From contig CAZJPV010000003.1 in assembly GCA_964547985.1 (NCBI GenBank), positions 21,003-85,002 on the forward strand: a stretch of DNA of 64,000 bases. Reading direction: 5' to 3'. The notes under the pieces were generated by a model. The model was not told the DNA's origin, did no database searches, and saw only the letters and a program-made list of their open reading frames with translations. The translations under genes were made by a program, and so were the position numbers. Within the stretch, counting starts at the first letter, position 1, and each line of letters starts with the position of its first letter. The DNA comes from an uncultured Syntrophaceae bacterium. Its GTDB lineage: Bacteria > Desulfobacterota > Syntrophia > Syntrophales > UBA2192. Shown piece after piece: positions 47,347-57,173 of this stretch.

Positions 47347-47439
47347 TATGGTATACCGGATTGATTGAAATTTTTTCCTCCTTCACGGTGACCCCTTGGG
47401 CGGTTATGCGTGAAGGCATGGCGGAAGCATTCCCCGTCA

Positions 47440-47619
47440 TCAGAGTTTCTTGGTCAAGAAATTGTAGAGGAAATCCGTTTGTTGGGGCGAGAGATCAAAC
47501 TTCAGGGCTGCTTCTTCCACCAGCTTGCTCAGCTTTCGGTCGGGCTGGGTCTCGCGCATTTCCGATATCCACTTGATTGCTCTGCGGATTTCTTCCCCTT
47601 CGGGCAGCGACGAAGCCAT
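47440..47619 (-). CDS. small hypothetical protein (59 aa), not in the track
   Basis: MASSLPEGEEIRRAIKWISEMRETQPDRKLSKLVEEAALKFDLSPQQTDFLYNFLTKKL*. A GGAGGG RBS lies 7 nt upstream of ATG 47619. Confidence 0.45.
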   Translation of the reverse strand: MASSLPEGEEIRRAIKWISEMRETQPDRKLSKLVEEAALKFDLSPQQTDFLYNFLTKKL

Positions 47620-47634
47620 TTCTCACCCTCCTTG

Positions 47635-47661
47635 TTATAGAATCTACAGGAATTTCTATAA
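47635..47661. promoter_or_regulatory. perfect 8-bp inverted repeat (TTATAGAA-N11-TTCTATAA), possible operator
   Basis: Read directly. It lies 16 nt upstream of the 47619 start, in an AT-rich divergent spacer. Confidence 0.25.
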
Positions 47662-47884
47662 CATAAAATGAAATTAAATTCCTCAGAAAAAACAGGCTTT
47701 CCTGCTTCTATATATAACGATGGCCCCTCGATTTGTAAAGGTCCTTTGGCCGATATCAGAAAAGGTGCGGTTGTCCTGACGCGACGGGAGCGGGCGACAA
47801 TCAGCTTGGCAAAAAGAGCGATTTTAGGTATGGGAAAAAACGCGAGCGTGATTTTGTTATTCGAAGAGGGAGGAAGGAAAAAGC

Positions 47885-48928
47885 ATGGCGCCAAAAGTCT
47901 ATTATTCCAAACGGATCGATTCAGAGACGATCCGGACCGTTTTTGAAAGTGCCCTCGCCGATGCCAAGAGGAAGATTACAAAAGGTGATGAGGTGGCTAT
48001 CAAGGTCCATTTCGGGGAGAAGGGCAATACGTGCTATGTCTCCCCCGGGCACATCCGGCCGGTCGTCGAGGCGCTCAAGCCTCTCGAGGGAGAAGTTTTT
48101 CTGACCGATGCGAACACCCTTTACAGGGGAATGAGGCTCAACGCCACGGACCACCTGAACATTGCGAAGGAGCACGGGTTTGAAGCCCTGAAAACGAAGA
48201 TCGTCATCGCCGATGGCCAGTCCGGCGAAGAGGAGGAGGAAGTGGGGATCCCGGGCAGGATCTTCTCGAAGGTGAAGGTTGCGAAGCGCATTGCGCGGGC
48301 GAACGCCATCATCGTCATATCCCACTTCAAGGGACATATCCTCTTCGGTTTCGGCGGTGCCATCAAGAACCTCGGCATGGGTTGCGGCTCCCGGGCCGGC
48401 AAACTGGAGATGCACTCCAAGATAAAGCCCACTGTGAACGCGGACTGCATCTCCTGCGGCCAGTGCGTCGAAAATTGCCCGGCCGATGCGATTTCCATGC
48501 GGGATGATGAAAAGGCGATCATCGAGCCCGATCGCTGCATCGGCTGCGCGGAGTGCATTGCCATCTGTTGCAATGAAGCCATTGAGATTCCGTGGCACGG
48601 CGCAACCAGTCTTGAAGCGATGGAGCGATGCGCGGAATATGCCCTCGGGGCGGCAAAGGGCAAGACCTGTGTCTGTGTCAATTTCGTCAATCACATCACG
48701 AAAGACTGCGATTGTATGCCCGATTCGGAGGTCATCGGTAAGGATGTGGGTCTGGTCGCATCGGCAGACCCGGTGGCCTGTGACCAGGCCTCATTCGAGC
48801 TCGTTTTGAAAAACGAACGAAACGTAGATATTTTCAAGAAAGCGACTCACGTCGACGGAACGCATATTACAAGATACGGGACGACCATCGGCCTGGGGGA
48901 GATTCATTATACGCTTGTGGAGCTGTAA
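47885..48928 (+). CDS. DUF362 domain protein with an inserted 2x[4Fe-4S] ferredoxin domain (cytoplasmic)
   Basis: 347 aa. CISCGQCVENCP and CIGCAECIAICC motifs. The DUF362 core is related to 43732 and 51547. Confidence 0.85.
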   Translation: MAPKVYYSKRIDSETIRTVFESALADAKRKITKGDEVAIKVHFGEKGNTCYVSPGHIRPVVEALKPLEGEVFLTDANTLYRGMRLNATDHLNIAKEHGFEALKTKIVIADGQSGEEEEEVGIPGRIFSKVKVAKRIARANAIIVISHFKGHILFGFGGAIKNLGMGCGSRAGKLEMHSKIKPTVNADCISCGQCVENCPADAISMRDDEKAIIEPDRCIGCAECIAICCNEAIEIPWHGATSLEAMERCAEYALGAAKGKTCVCVNFVNHITKDCDCMPDSEVIGKDVGLVASADPVACDQASFELVLKNERNVDIFKKATHVDGTHITRYGTTIGLGEIHYTLVEL

Positions 48929-49011
48929 GCCGGGTGGTTTGTGAAGGCAGGGTCCTCGTGAAAAACCCTGATGGTGTGAGCCCGGATTACCCGGGCCGTC
49001 GGTCCTGACGC

Positions 49012-49281
49012 CTAAAAGTCCACACTGCCGAGGTCGATATCGTGCATTTTCTCTGCACACCTCCGGAGGAACCCGCAGAGTTTGTCAAAGGGCCAGGCCA
49101 GAATGACGATGATGTGCAGGGCAATTCTCTCTGCCAGGGTGTGACGTGGATGGACGATCGAATACATGGATGATCCTTTCTCGAAGTTTTCGGTCACTCC
49201 ATTATCAATATCAATACACATTTGATGCCATGGCCCCCCCGAGGGGAACACGCCCTTCATTTCTCCGGGAAAATATTTCAT
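49012..49281 (-). CDS. hypothetical protein
   Basis: I prefer ATG 49281 (MKYFPGEMKGVFPSGGPWHQMC...) with a GGAGGG RBS. 89 aa with one hydrophobic helix. Confidence 0.4.
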   Translation of the reverse strand: MKYFPGEMKGVFPSGGPWHQMCIDIDNGVTENFEKGSSMYSIVHPRHTLAERIALHIIVILAWPFDKLCGFLRRCAEKMHDIDLGSVDF

Positions 49282-49708
49282 TTCATACCCTCCTGTCACG
49301 CAATGGGCCTTTTTTCTTATCCCCGACCTGAAAAAATCAGTCTCTCCCCTTTCGATTCCGGGCCGTCTGGGGGCTTGCAGCAACTCTGACGGTTTGCATC
49401 GATTCGACACTGTCAATAATCAAAGCAAAAAAAACGTTGGTCTTTTGACACATGCCGGAATTCCGAACAAATTCTCCCAAAGACACGGAACTTGATGCAA
49501 CGATAAATGGCTATATGGCTGATTATACAGGTAAATATTTTGGCAGCATCAAAGATTAGAGGCACAAGAAATGCATCCACTTATAGAAACAAATAGGCTC
49601 TATTTCGGGCGGCCGTTAAGGCCTGAAAAAAAGCATTTCTGGTTCGGTTTAGGAGAAAGGATCGCTTTAGGACAGCGCATCTCGAAAAAAACATAGAAGG
49701 GGGGAAAA

Positions 49709-50077
49709 ATGAAAAGGAAAGAGTTCGAAACAATTCGGAAGATGCTCGTTGCGATGATCCACGAATTAACCTCTAAGGCCCTGTCCCTTTCAGAAATCAG
49801 GGGTATTCACCTGAACCTTCCCGATCCGAGCGATGTAGCCTCCCTGACCTCTCACCGGGACTTCAGCCTGATTGTAAAGGAACGGGAGCGGGAGCTTCTC
49901 GAAAGGCTGAGAGAAGCCCTCGAGCAGATCGACAGCGGATCCTACGGCATCTGTGAGGACTGCGGAGAAACCATTGCCCTGAAGAGACTGATGGCACGCC
50001 CGACCACGAATCTTTGCGTTGAATGTCAGTCCCACAAGGAAGTCCATGAAAGGCGCCTGCGTGCTGCGTCTTATTAA
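49709..50077 (+). CDS. DksA/TraR-family C4 zinc-finger protein
   Basis: 122 aa. A coiled-coil N-terminus, then CEDCGETI....R......LCVECQ. Confidence 0.85.
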   Translation: MKRKEFETIRKMLVAMIHELTSKALSLSEIRGIHLNLPDPSDVASLTSHRDFSLIVKERERELLERLREALEQIDSGSYGICEDCGETIALKRLMARPTTNLCVECQSHKEVHERRLRAASY

Positions 50078-50184
50078 AAGAGAAAGGAGGGCGATCACAA
50101 GGAGGAAAGGCACGACCCGTTAACCTGGAACACCGGGTAGACCTCGGACAGAAGTTAAGAAAATCATGAGAAAAGGAGGGTGAG

Positions 50185-50454
50185 ATGAATAAAGCTGATT
50201 TGGTAAGCGAAGTCGCAAAGGTTGTAGAAACAAAGAAAGCAGCTGCTGAAACGGTCGATTGTGTCTTCGAGACCATCACGAAGGCATTGAAAAAGAAAGC
50301 GAGGGTAACCCTCGTGGGTTTCGGAACTTTTGCCGTGACCAAGAGGGCAGCCAGAAAGGGGAGAAATCCCCGGACGGGCAGAGAGATCAAGATTCCCGCC
50401 AAGAATGTTCCGAAGTTCATCCCTGGAAGAGAACTCAAGAATGCCGTAAAGTAG
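50185..50454 (+). CDS. hup: HU-family nucleoid-associated DNA-binding protein
   Basis: 89 aa. MNKADLV...GFGTF.V..RAAR.GRNP.TG..I.I.A...P.F..G..LK signature. Confidence 0.95.
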   Translation: MNKADLVSEVAKVVETKKAAAETVDCVFETITKALKKKARVTLVGFGTFAVTKRAARKGRNPRTGREIKIPAKNVPKFIPGRELKNAVK

Positions 50455-50466
50455 TCATGTGGAGAA

Positions 50467-50504
50467 AAAAGCCCCCGGGAGTCAGCACGCCGGGGGCTTT
50501 TTTT
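50467..50504 (+). terminator. rho-independent terminator after hup
   Basis: AAAAGCCCCCGG-gagtcagcacg-CCGGGGGCTTTTTTT. Confidence 0.9.
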
Positions 50505-50553
50505 GCCCGCCCGTCCGGCGAGGGCATTGTTGCGCCTTTTTAACGAGAAACCT

Positions 50554-50967
50554 TCAGCTTTCGTCCTTTGGGCTTCGAAAAAAATCCCTCATCTCTGTGA
50601 GGAAAAGGTCCGCATCCTCCGTTGCCATGGCTCGCTGTTCCATGGGGCAGATCGAGGCCCCGTCACGGCCTATGATGTGGGGAACGGTCAGGAGCGATTC
50701 CAAAGAAATATGGTTTTTCTGCAGAAATTCTGCGGCGGGTTGTGAAGAGACCCCGGCAAAGACCGATACGATCATCCTCGAAGCCACGACGAGCTTTGCG
50801 GCGGCAAGGCCGATGATCCTGTCGTGGAGGCGGCAGTTTTGATACCGTGAAGAGCAGGCCTCGATACATTCCACCAGGGGTACTAACCCCTGGTTCTTCG
50901 AGGTGTAAACAACGTTCCCCTCATGGATGAGCGCCAGGGCATATTTCGAGAAATCGGGCTGGATCAT
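50554..50967 (-). CDS. DUF1893 (TM1506-like) protein
   Basis: I prefer ATG 50967 (MIQPDFSKYALALIHEGNVVYTSKNQGLVPLVECIE...DRIIGLAAAKL...CPME), which overlaps the upstream stop as ATGA. The track's 226-aa version runs antisense-like through the neighbouring gene. Confidence 0.7.
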   Translation of the reverse strand: MIQPDFSKYALALIHEGNVVYTSKNQGLVPLVECIEACSSRYQNCRLHDRIIGLAAAKLVVASRMIVSVFAGVSSQPAAEFLQKNHISLESLLTVPHIIGRDGASICPMEQRAMATEDADLFLTEMRDFFRSPKDES

Positions 50968-51458
50968 TCCAGATGTCTCTTCAGGGGGCCGGTGCTCATG
51001 CCGGCCAGCACCGCCCAGAGGACATTGGTAAGGGTGAGCGCAACAAGAAGTCCCCCGATAAATGAGGCAGGCAGGTTCATCATGTAGTAGTCCGTGACCA
51101 CAAGCCAGGGGATCTGGATGCCGAAACCCAGAAGGGCTGAACGGAGGTAGGAATGGCCGCTCCTGAAAAAGTATCCCGTAGAAAGACCGAGAAGGGCGTT
51201 TCCGATGAGGATATAGGGGTTGGTCGTCAAACAAGCCGCATAGAGAGAACCGGCCAATCCCGACAATACTCCCCCGATCGGGCCGAAGACGAAGGCCGCG
51301 AGAAAGATGGCATACTGGAAGAAGTGGATCTTGAAACCCCAGGGGGTTGAAAGATGAAGCACCCCAAGGAGATTGGGAAGAAGCATCAGGATAACGAGGG
51401 CGGTGATGCTTTTTTCGTTTATCTTCACACCGAGGGTCAGAGCCCGTTCATCGGACAT
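50964..51458 (-). CDS. polytopic membrane protein, ECF-transporter S-component-like
   Basis: 164 aa with about 5 TM helices. Its composition is like vitamin-type S components. The substrate is unknown. Confidence 0.6.
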   Translation of the reverse strand: MSDERALTLGVKINEKSITALVILMLLPNLLGVLHLSTPWGFKIHFFQYAIFLAAFVFGPIGGVLSGLAGSLYAACLTTNPYILIGNALLGLSTGYFFRSGHSYLRSALLGFGIQIPWLVVTDYYMMNLPASFIGGLLVALTLTNVLWAVLAGMSTGPLKRHLE

Positions 51459-51546
51459 AACAAAAAACCTCCCGTGAAAAATAGCGTCGTCTGTTTTATT
51501 TTTATCATAGAATGCCTTTTCTGTGAATCTTTTTTCCCTGCGCGTT

Positions 51547-52677
51547 TCATGCCGGCCGCCCGGAGGAATCCTTCTTCTGAATCACTTTCCTGAAGAGCTT
51601 TGCGGGAAGACTCTCCGTCGTCCGCAGGGCGCCCTTGGGGCAGACCTCGATGCAACAATAGCAGCGGATGCATTTGTCGTAGTCGAAGCGGAGCTTCGTC
51701 CCCTCTTCCTCGATGGCCTGGGCAGGGCAGAACGTCCAGCAATCCCCGCAGAGATCACAGAGGTTTTCATCCGCCACGGGCCTCCTCGTCAGGTGCCGCC
51801 TGACAAATCCCTGAACGGGTTTCGGGCCGTAGACGAGGGAGGTTACACCGGGCATTTTGAAATTCTCGATCCTCGGCAGAACCCCCTCGACATCTATAGG
51901 TCCGGGCATCAGGCCCATCTGCCGGGCCATCCTGTTGGTCAGCAGATCATCCGGTTCGATGCCGAGCATTCGGCAGACCGTGACATCGATGGCCAAAGCA
52001 CTGTCGCTGGCCAGGAGAACGCCGAGATGCCGGGGAACCCCCCCACGGCCCGGGCCCTGGCCCTCCAGGGCGATGATGCCGTCAAGAATGGTCAGGCAAG
52101 GATTGACGACCTGGTGGATCTGAACGAGGAGCCTTGCGAACATCTCGTGGTTCACCCCCGTCCGCATGTGCCACTCAGCCTTTCGGAACCCCACGATGCA
52201 GCCGAAACAATTTTTAACTGCAAGCGTCAACAGCATCTGGCTGTGCGTCTTGAGCTTGGGAAGGTTGATCACCTTGTCGGCCCCCAGGACCTCCTCGGCC
52301 ATGTCGATCCTGCCGAAGGGATCCCCAATGTCCACCTTGACGGAGGTCCTGAATTCTGCGAGCTCCACATCGAGACCGGCGAGGGCATCGCGTACACCGT
52401 TATCTTGCAGAATTTTTTCAAAAGATCCCAGGGCGGAACTGTCCGATATCGTGACCCTGGCCCTTTTTTGAAGCAGATATTCACAGACGGCCTTGATGAC
52501 GGCGGGGTGGGTGAGCACACCTTCATCGGGCGAGGCGGGGGAGAGGAAATTCGGTTTGACCAGGACCCGGGTTCCTGCCTTGATATTTTCTCCGCCGAGG
52601 GAAGCCATCATTTCGAAGATATGGGATCTCAGCTTGACGTCATGGTAAGAAGATCTTTTGATGATGACCCGGGGCAT
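51547..52677 (-). CDS. DUF362 domain protein with a C-terminal 2x[4Fe-4S] ferredoxin domain
   Basis: 376 aa. VLVKPNFLSPA... DUF362 core. CDLCGDCWTFCP and CIRCYCCIEVCP. The 402-aa + strand ORF over it is a shadow. Confidence 0.85.
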   Translation of the reverse strand: MPRVIIKRSSYHDVKLRSHIFEMMASLGGENIKAGTRVLVKPNFLSPASPDEGVLTHPAVIKAVCEYLLQKRARVTISDSSALGSFEKILQDNGVRDALAGLDVELAEFRTSVKVDIGDPFGRIDMAEEVLGADKVINLPKLKTHSQMLLTLAVKNCFGCIVGFRKAEWHMRTGVNHEMFARLLVQIHQVVNPCLTILDGIIALEGQGPGRGGVPRHLGVLLASDSALAIDVTVCRMLGIEPDDLLTNRMARQMGLMPGPIDVEGVLPRIENFKMPGVTSLVYGPKPVQGFVRRHLTRRPVADENLCDLCGDCWTFCPAQAIEEEGTKLRFDYDKCIRCYCCIEVCPKGALRTTESLPAKLFRKVIQKKDSSGRPA

Positions 52678-52695
52678 GGCTTGCGGAACCTGAGA

Positions 52696-52719
52696 CCGGG
52701 CATCCTGCCCGGCTTTTTT
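52696..52719 (+). terminator. terminator-shaped hairpin on the + strand with no + strand gene upstream
   Basis: CCGGGC-atcct-GCCCGG followed by CTTTTTT. It lies 19 nt beyond the start codon of the minus-strand gene 51547..52677 and 100 nt before the + strand gene 52819. Confidence 0.35.
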
Positions 52720-52818
52720 CAGGCATTATAGCAGAGGGTGGTACGATTCAGAACGAAAAATCGCCCGGCGCTTGTTTCATGCCTCCGGCTGTGCTAAAAG
52801 CACGGGTCTGGAGAGGTT

Positions 52819-53925
52819 ATGAAGGTTCCAACAAATCTTTTTTCCATGGCCCGCCTCACGCTTCACGGGGTCCTGCCCTGCGTGCACCGCTATCTCAACG
52901 GCTGGAGGGAAAAGGCGAGGAAGATCCCCGATCCGGAACTGCGAAGTCAGGCCCTCGCGAGTATCGAGACGAAGACCTTCCACTGCGAGGGAGGGGCCGT
53001 CCTCGCGCTGCTCGCGGGCGACCGGCGGGATGAAGCGATCCGTTTCATCGTTGCCTATCAGACGATCAGCGACTATCTCGACAACCTCTGCGATCGCAGC
53101 ACATCCCTGAACCCCGAGGACTTCCGCGCGCTGCACGAATCCATGCGCCACGCCCTGACGCCCGGCGTCCCACTCGAGAACTATTATCGCTTGCGTGATG
53201 AACAAGATGACGGCGGGTATCTGACCGCCCTGGTCAAAACCTGCCAGTTTGCCCTGGAGAGGCACCCGGCTTACGGCATGATAGCGCCGGCCCTTCACGA
53301 ACTTGCCGGTTATTACTGCGATCTGCAGGTCCACAAGCATGTCAGGAAGAAAGAGCGCCTGCCCCGGTTGAAGGCCTGGTTTGAATCTCACCGAAATGAT
53401 CTTCCGGAAATGAGCTGGTACGAGTTTGCGGCCTGCACCGGATCGACGCTCGGGATCTTCTGCCTCTTCTCACACGCCTTTCAGGAACGTTTCTCCGAGG
53501 ACCTCGCCCGCAGGGTCCAGGAGGCCTATTTCCCCTGGGTCCAGGGCCTTCACATCCTGATGGATTATTTCGTGGATCAGGAAGAGGACCGCCTGGGGGG
53601 CGATCTGAACTTCTGTTCCTATTACGATGACGAAAAGCAGATGGAATCGCGCTTCGCCCACTTCTTCGAGCAGGCCGACAGGGGCATCGCCCAGCTGCCA
53701 TCCCCGGAATTTCACCGGATGGTCATCCGGGGACTGCTGGCCGTTTATCTCTCCGACAGGAAAGTGGATGCCCAGGAAAGGGTCCGGAAACTGGCGAGGA
53801 GGATGATCCGACGCAGGGGTGGCATCACGCTCTTCTTTTTTCTACACGCCTGGTTCTATCGGCGGATCTTTGAAGGGACGCGCCGGCTCGACACCGGTAG
53901 AAAGGCGCCGGTGCCATCGGGTTAG
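52819..53925 (+). CDS. DUF2600 / tetraprenyl-beta-curcumene synthase (YtpB)-family protein
   Basis: 368 aa. The helical terpene-synthase-like pattern with ISDYLDNLCDR and LMDYFVDQEEDRLGGDLNF matches my memory of the YtpB family. The 3' end overlaps convergent nrdJ by 4 nt. Confidence 0.7.
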   Translation: MKVPTNLFSMARLTLHGVLPCVHRYLNGWREKARKIPDPELRSQALASIETKTFHCEGGAVLALLAGDRRDEAIRFIVAYQTISDYLDNLCDRSTSLNPEDFRALHESMRHALTPGVPLENYYRLRDEQDDGGYLTALVKTCQFALERHPAYGMIAPALHELAGYYCDLQVHKHVRKKERLPRLKAWFESHRNDLPEMSWYEFAACTGSTLGIFCLFSHAFQERFSEDLARRVQEAYFPWVQGLHILMDYFVDQEEDRLGGDLNFCSYYDDEKQMESRFAHFFEQADRGIAQLPSPEFHRMVIRGLLAVYLSDRKVDAQERVRKLARRMIRRRGGITLFFFLHAWFYRRIFEGTRRLDTGRKAPVPSG

Positions 53926-56051
53926 AAAGTACAGATCCCTGCCGCACATCCGCCGGAGTAGTCCGATCCGGCTGATACAAACTCTATTTCCGCAGATGCC
54001 CGTCCTTCTTTACTGCTGTAAAAGGACAGCACCTGCTCCTCACGGCTGCCGTACCGGTAAACCGTAATCCCCTTGCATTTCAAGTGATGGGCCCTCAGGT
54101 AGATGCTTCGGACATCTTCGACCGTCGAATCGGCCGGCAGGTTGATCGTCTTTGAGACGGAATTGTCCGTGAAGGTCTGGAAGGCACTCTGGATGCTCAG
54201 GTGCTCTTCGGGCGATACATCGAAGGCCGTTACAAAAAGTCTTTTCAGGTCGGCCGGGACGGCCCGGACCGTCTTCAGGCTTCCAACCCTTGCAATCTCG
54301 GCGATGACCTTCCGGCTGTAAATGCCCCTGCTCCGGGCCATCTCCTCGAAAATGGGATTGGTCTCGAAGAGTCTCGTCCCCGAAAGCACATTCCTTACGA
54401 AGCTCACAGCGAAGATGGGTTCGATACCGCTCGAACAGCCGGCAATGATGCTGATCGTGCCCGTGGGGGCGATGGTGTTGACGGTGGCGTTGCGCAGGCG
54501 AATGTTCTTCTGAGCATAAACGGACTGATCAAAGTTGGGGAAAACGCTCCGCTCCTCCGCCAGTTCCGCCGAGGCCCTCAGGGACTCACCGCGGATGAAG
54601 CGCATGAGCTTTCGGGCAAAATGGACGGCCTCGCCGCTGTTGTAAGGGATGCCGAGCCGGATCAGCATGTCCGCAAACCCCATGACCCCCAGACCGATTT
54701 TCCGGTTTCCGAAGGTCATCTCCCGGATCTGGGGTAAGGGGAAACGATTCACCTCGATGACGTTGTCGAGGAACCGGATGCCCCACCGGATGCGGTCCCG
54801 GAGACTCTGCCAGTCAATTTTCTTTCCCGCGACCATTTTATCCAGATTGATGGACCCCAGGTTACAGCTCTCAAAGGGCAGGAGGGGAAGCTCTCCGCAG
54901 GGATTCGTCGCCTCGATCCTGCCGATGCCGGGGGTGGGGTTCCTCCGGTTGATCTCGTCCAGAAAGATCAGCCCCGGGTCCCCCGTGCGCCAGGCCGCGT
55001 TGACGATGAGATCGAAGATCGCCCTGGCCTTGAGGGTCCGGACCTTCTCCTTCGTCCTCGGATTGACGAGGTCAAAGGGGCTGTTTTTCAGAACGGCCTT
55101 CATGAACCGGTCGGTGACACCGACGGAGAGATTGAAGTTCGTAAAGCGTCCCCGTTCCATTTTCGCTTCAATGAAGTCAATAACATCGGGATGATCGCAG
55201 CGCAGGATGCCCATGTTGGCTCCGCGCCTTCTTCCCCCTTGGACGATGACCCCCGTGGCCTGATCGAAGATGCTCATGAAGGAGACGGGCCCGGAGGCCT
55301 CTCCCTTCGTTGTGGAAACGAGATCCCCTTTCGGTCTTAACCTGGTAAAGCTGAATCCCGTACCGCCGCCCGTCTGATGGATTTTGGCCATGTTTTTCAA
55401 GGCATCGAATATACCGTCTATGGAATCTTCCACGGGGATGACGAAGCAGGCCGAGAGCTGGCCGAGGGCGGTCCCCGCATTCATCAGCGTCGGCGAGTTG
55501 GGGATGAATTCCAGGCTTTTCATCATGGAGAAAAATTTTTCCTCCGTCTCCTCGACGGACCGTGATCCCCGGAATGCTTTCTCTGCCTGTGCGATGTGAC
55601 GGGCCACACGCCTGAAGAGTGCCCCCGGCGTCTCCACGACGTTCTGGGCATCATCCTTGAGGAGATATCGTTTCTTCAGGATCTCCATGGCGTTGATGGA
55701 AAGCTTGAGGTCATCCCGGAGCCCCAGGGCTGCCTTGGCCGTGCGGATCTCAGCCCTCCGTTCCCGGTAGAGGATGTAGCTCCTGGCGATTTCGGTGTAG
55801 CCGGCCTTCATGAGGCCCCGCTCGACGATGTCCTGGATGGATTCGACATCGAGCGGCCTGCCGGCATATTGAGTGGAAATCTCCCTGAGGACGATTTCCG
55901 TGACGATTCCGGAGACAAAAGCGGCCCTGCTCTTTTCCTGGAGAACCTCCAGGGCGGCCCTGAAGATGGCGTTTTCGATTTTTCCCCTGTCGAACCTAAC
56001 GATCGATCCATCCCTCTTCTTCACCTTTTGCGGCAGGATGATTTTTTTCAT
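53922..56051 (-). CDS. nrdJ: adenosylcobalamin-dependent (class II) ribonucleotide reductase with an N-terminal ATP-cone
   Basis: 709 aa. ATP-cone (VKKRDGSIVRFDRGKI), catalytic NPCGE and SCNLGSINL motifs, and a C-terminal Cys pair tail (GGCAAGICTF). Confidence 0.92.
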   Translation of the reverse strand: MKKIILPQKVKKRDGSIVRFDRGKIENAIFRAALEVLQEKSRAAFVSGIVTEIVLREISTQYAGRPLDVESIQDIVERGLMKAGYTEIARSYILYRERRAEIRTAKAALGLRDDLKLSINAMEILKKRYLLKDDAQNVVETPGALFRRVARHIAQAEKAFRGSRSVEETEEKFFSMMKSLEFIPNSPTLMNAGTALGQLSACFVIPVEDSIDGIFDALKNMAKIHQTGGGTGFSFTRLRPKGDLVSTTKGEASGPVSFMSIFDQATGVIVQGGRRRGANMGILRCDHPDVIDFIEAKMERGRFTNFNLSVGVTDRFMKAVLKNSPFDLVNPRTKEKVRTLKARAIFDLIVNAAWRTGDPGLIFLDEINRRNPTPGIGRIEATNPCGELPLLPFESCNLGSINLDKMVAGKKIDWQSLRDRIRWGIRFLDNVIEVNRFPLPQIREMTFGNRKIGLGVMGFADMLIRLGIPYNSGEAVHFARKLMRFIRGESLRASAELAEERSVFPNFDQSVYAQKNIRLRNATVNTIAPTGTISIIAGCSSGIEPIFAVSFVRNVLSGTRLFETNPIFEEMARSRGIYSRKVIAEIARVGSLKTVRAVPADLKRLFVTAFDVSPEEHLSIQSAFQTFTDNSVSKTINLPADSTVEDVRSIYLRAHHLKCKGITVYRYGSREEQVLSFYSSKEGRASAEIEFVSAGSDYSGGCAAGICTF

Positions 56052-56086
56052 CGGGGCCTCCGTGGATGGCGCCTGAGTCCGGGTGA

Positions 56087-57106
<1,020 letters not shown>

Positions 57107-57130
57107 TCACTGGATGCCAGAAAAACCCTT

Positions 57131-57172
57131 CATGCCGAAACCCTATACCCTGAACCCGGAACCCGGGCCCCT
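57131..57172 (-). repeat. heptameric G3-tract repeat (GGGTTNN-like) in the GAF-gap spacer; G-quadruplex-type motif on the sense strand
   Basis: The minus strand reads CAGGGGCCCGGGTTCCGGGTTCAGGGTATAGGGTTTCGGCATG. That is five G3+ runs separated by 3-4 nt, with phased units GGGTTCC|GGGTTCA|GGGTATA|GGGTTTC. Confidence 0.7.
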
Positions 57173-57173
57173 G

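Noticed and set aside
51523-52731. 402-aa + strand ORF covering the whole DUF362-ferredoxin gene.
   Set aside because: The minus-strand frame carries clean CxxCxxCxxxCP motifs and the DUF362 core, whereas the + frame has shadow-ORF composition. Its end near a + strand hairpin is noted separately.
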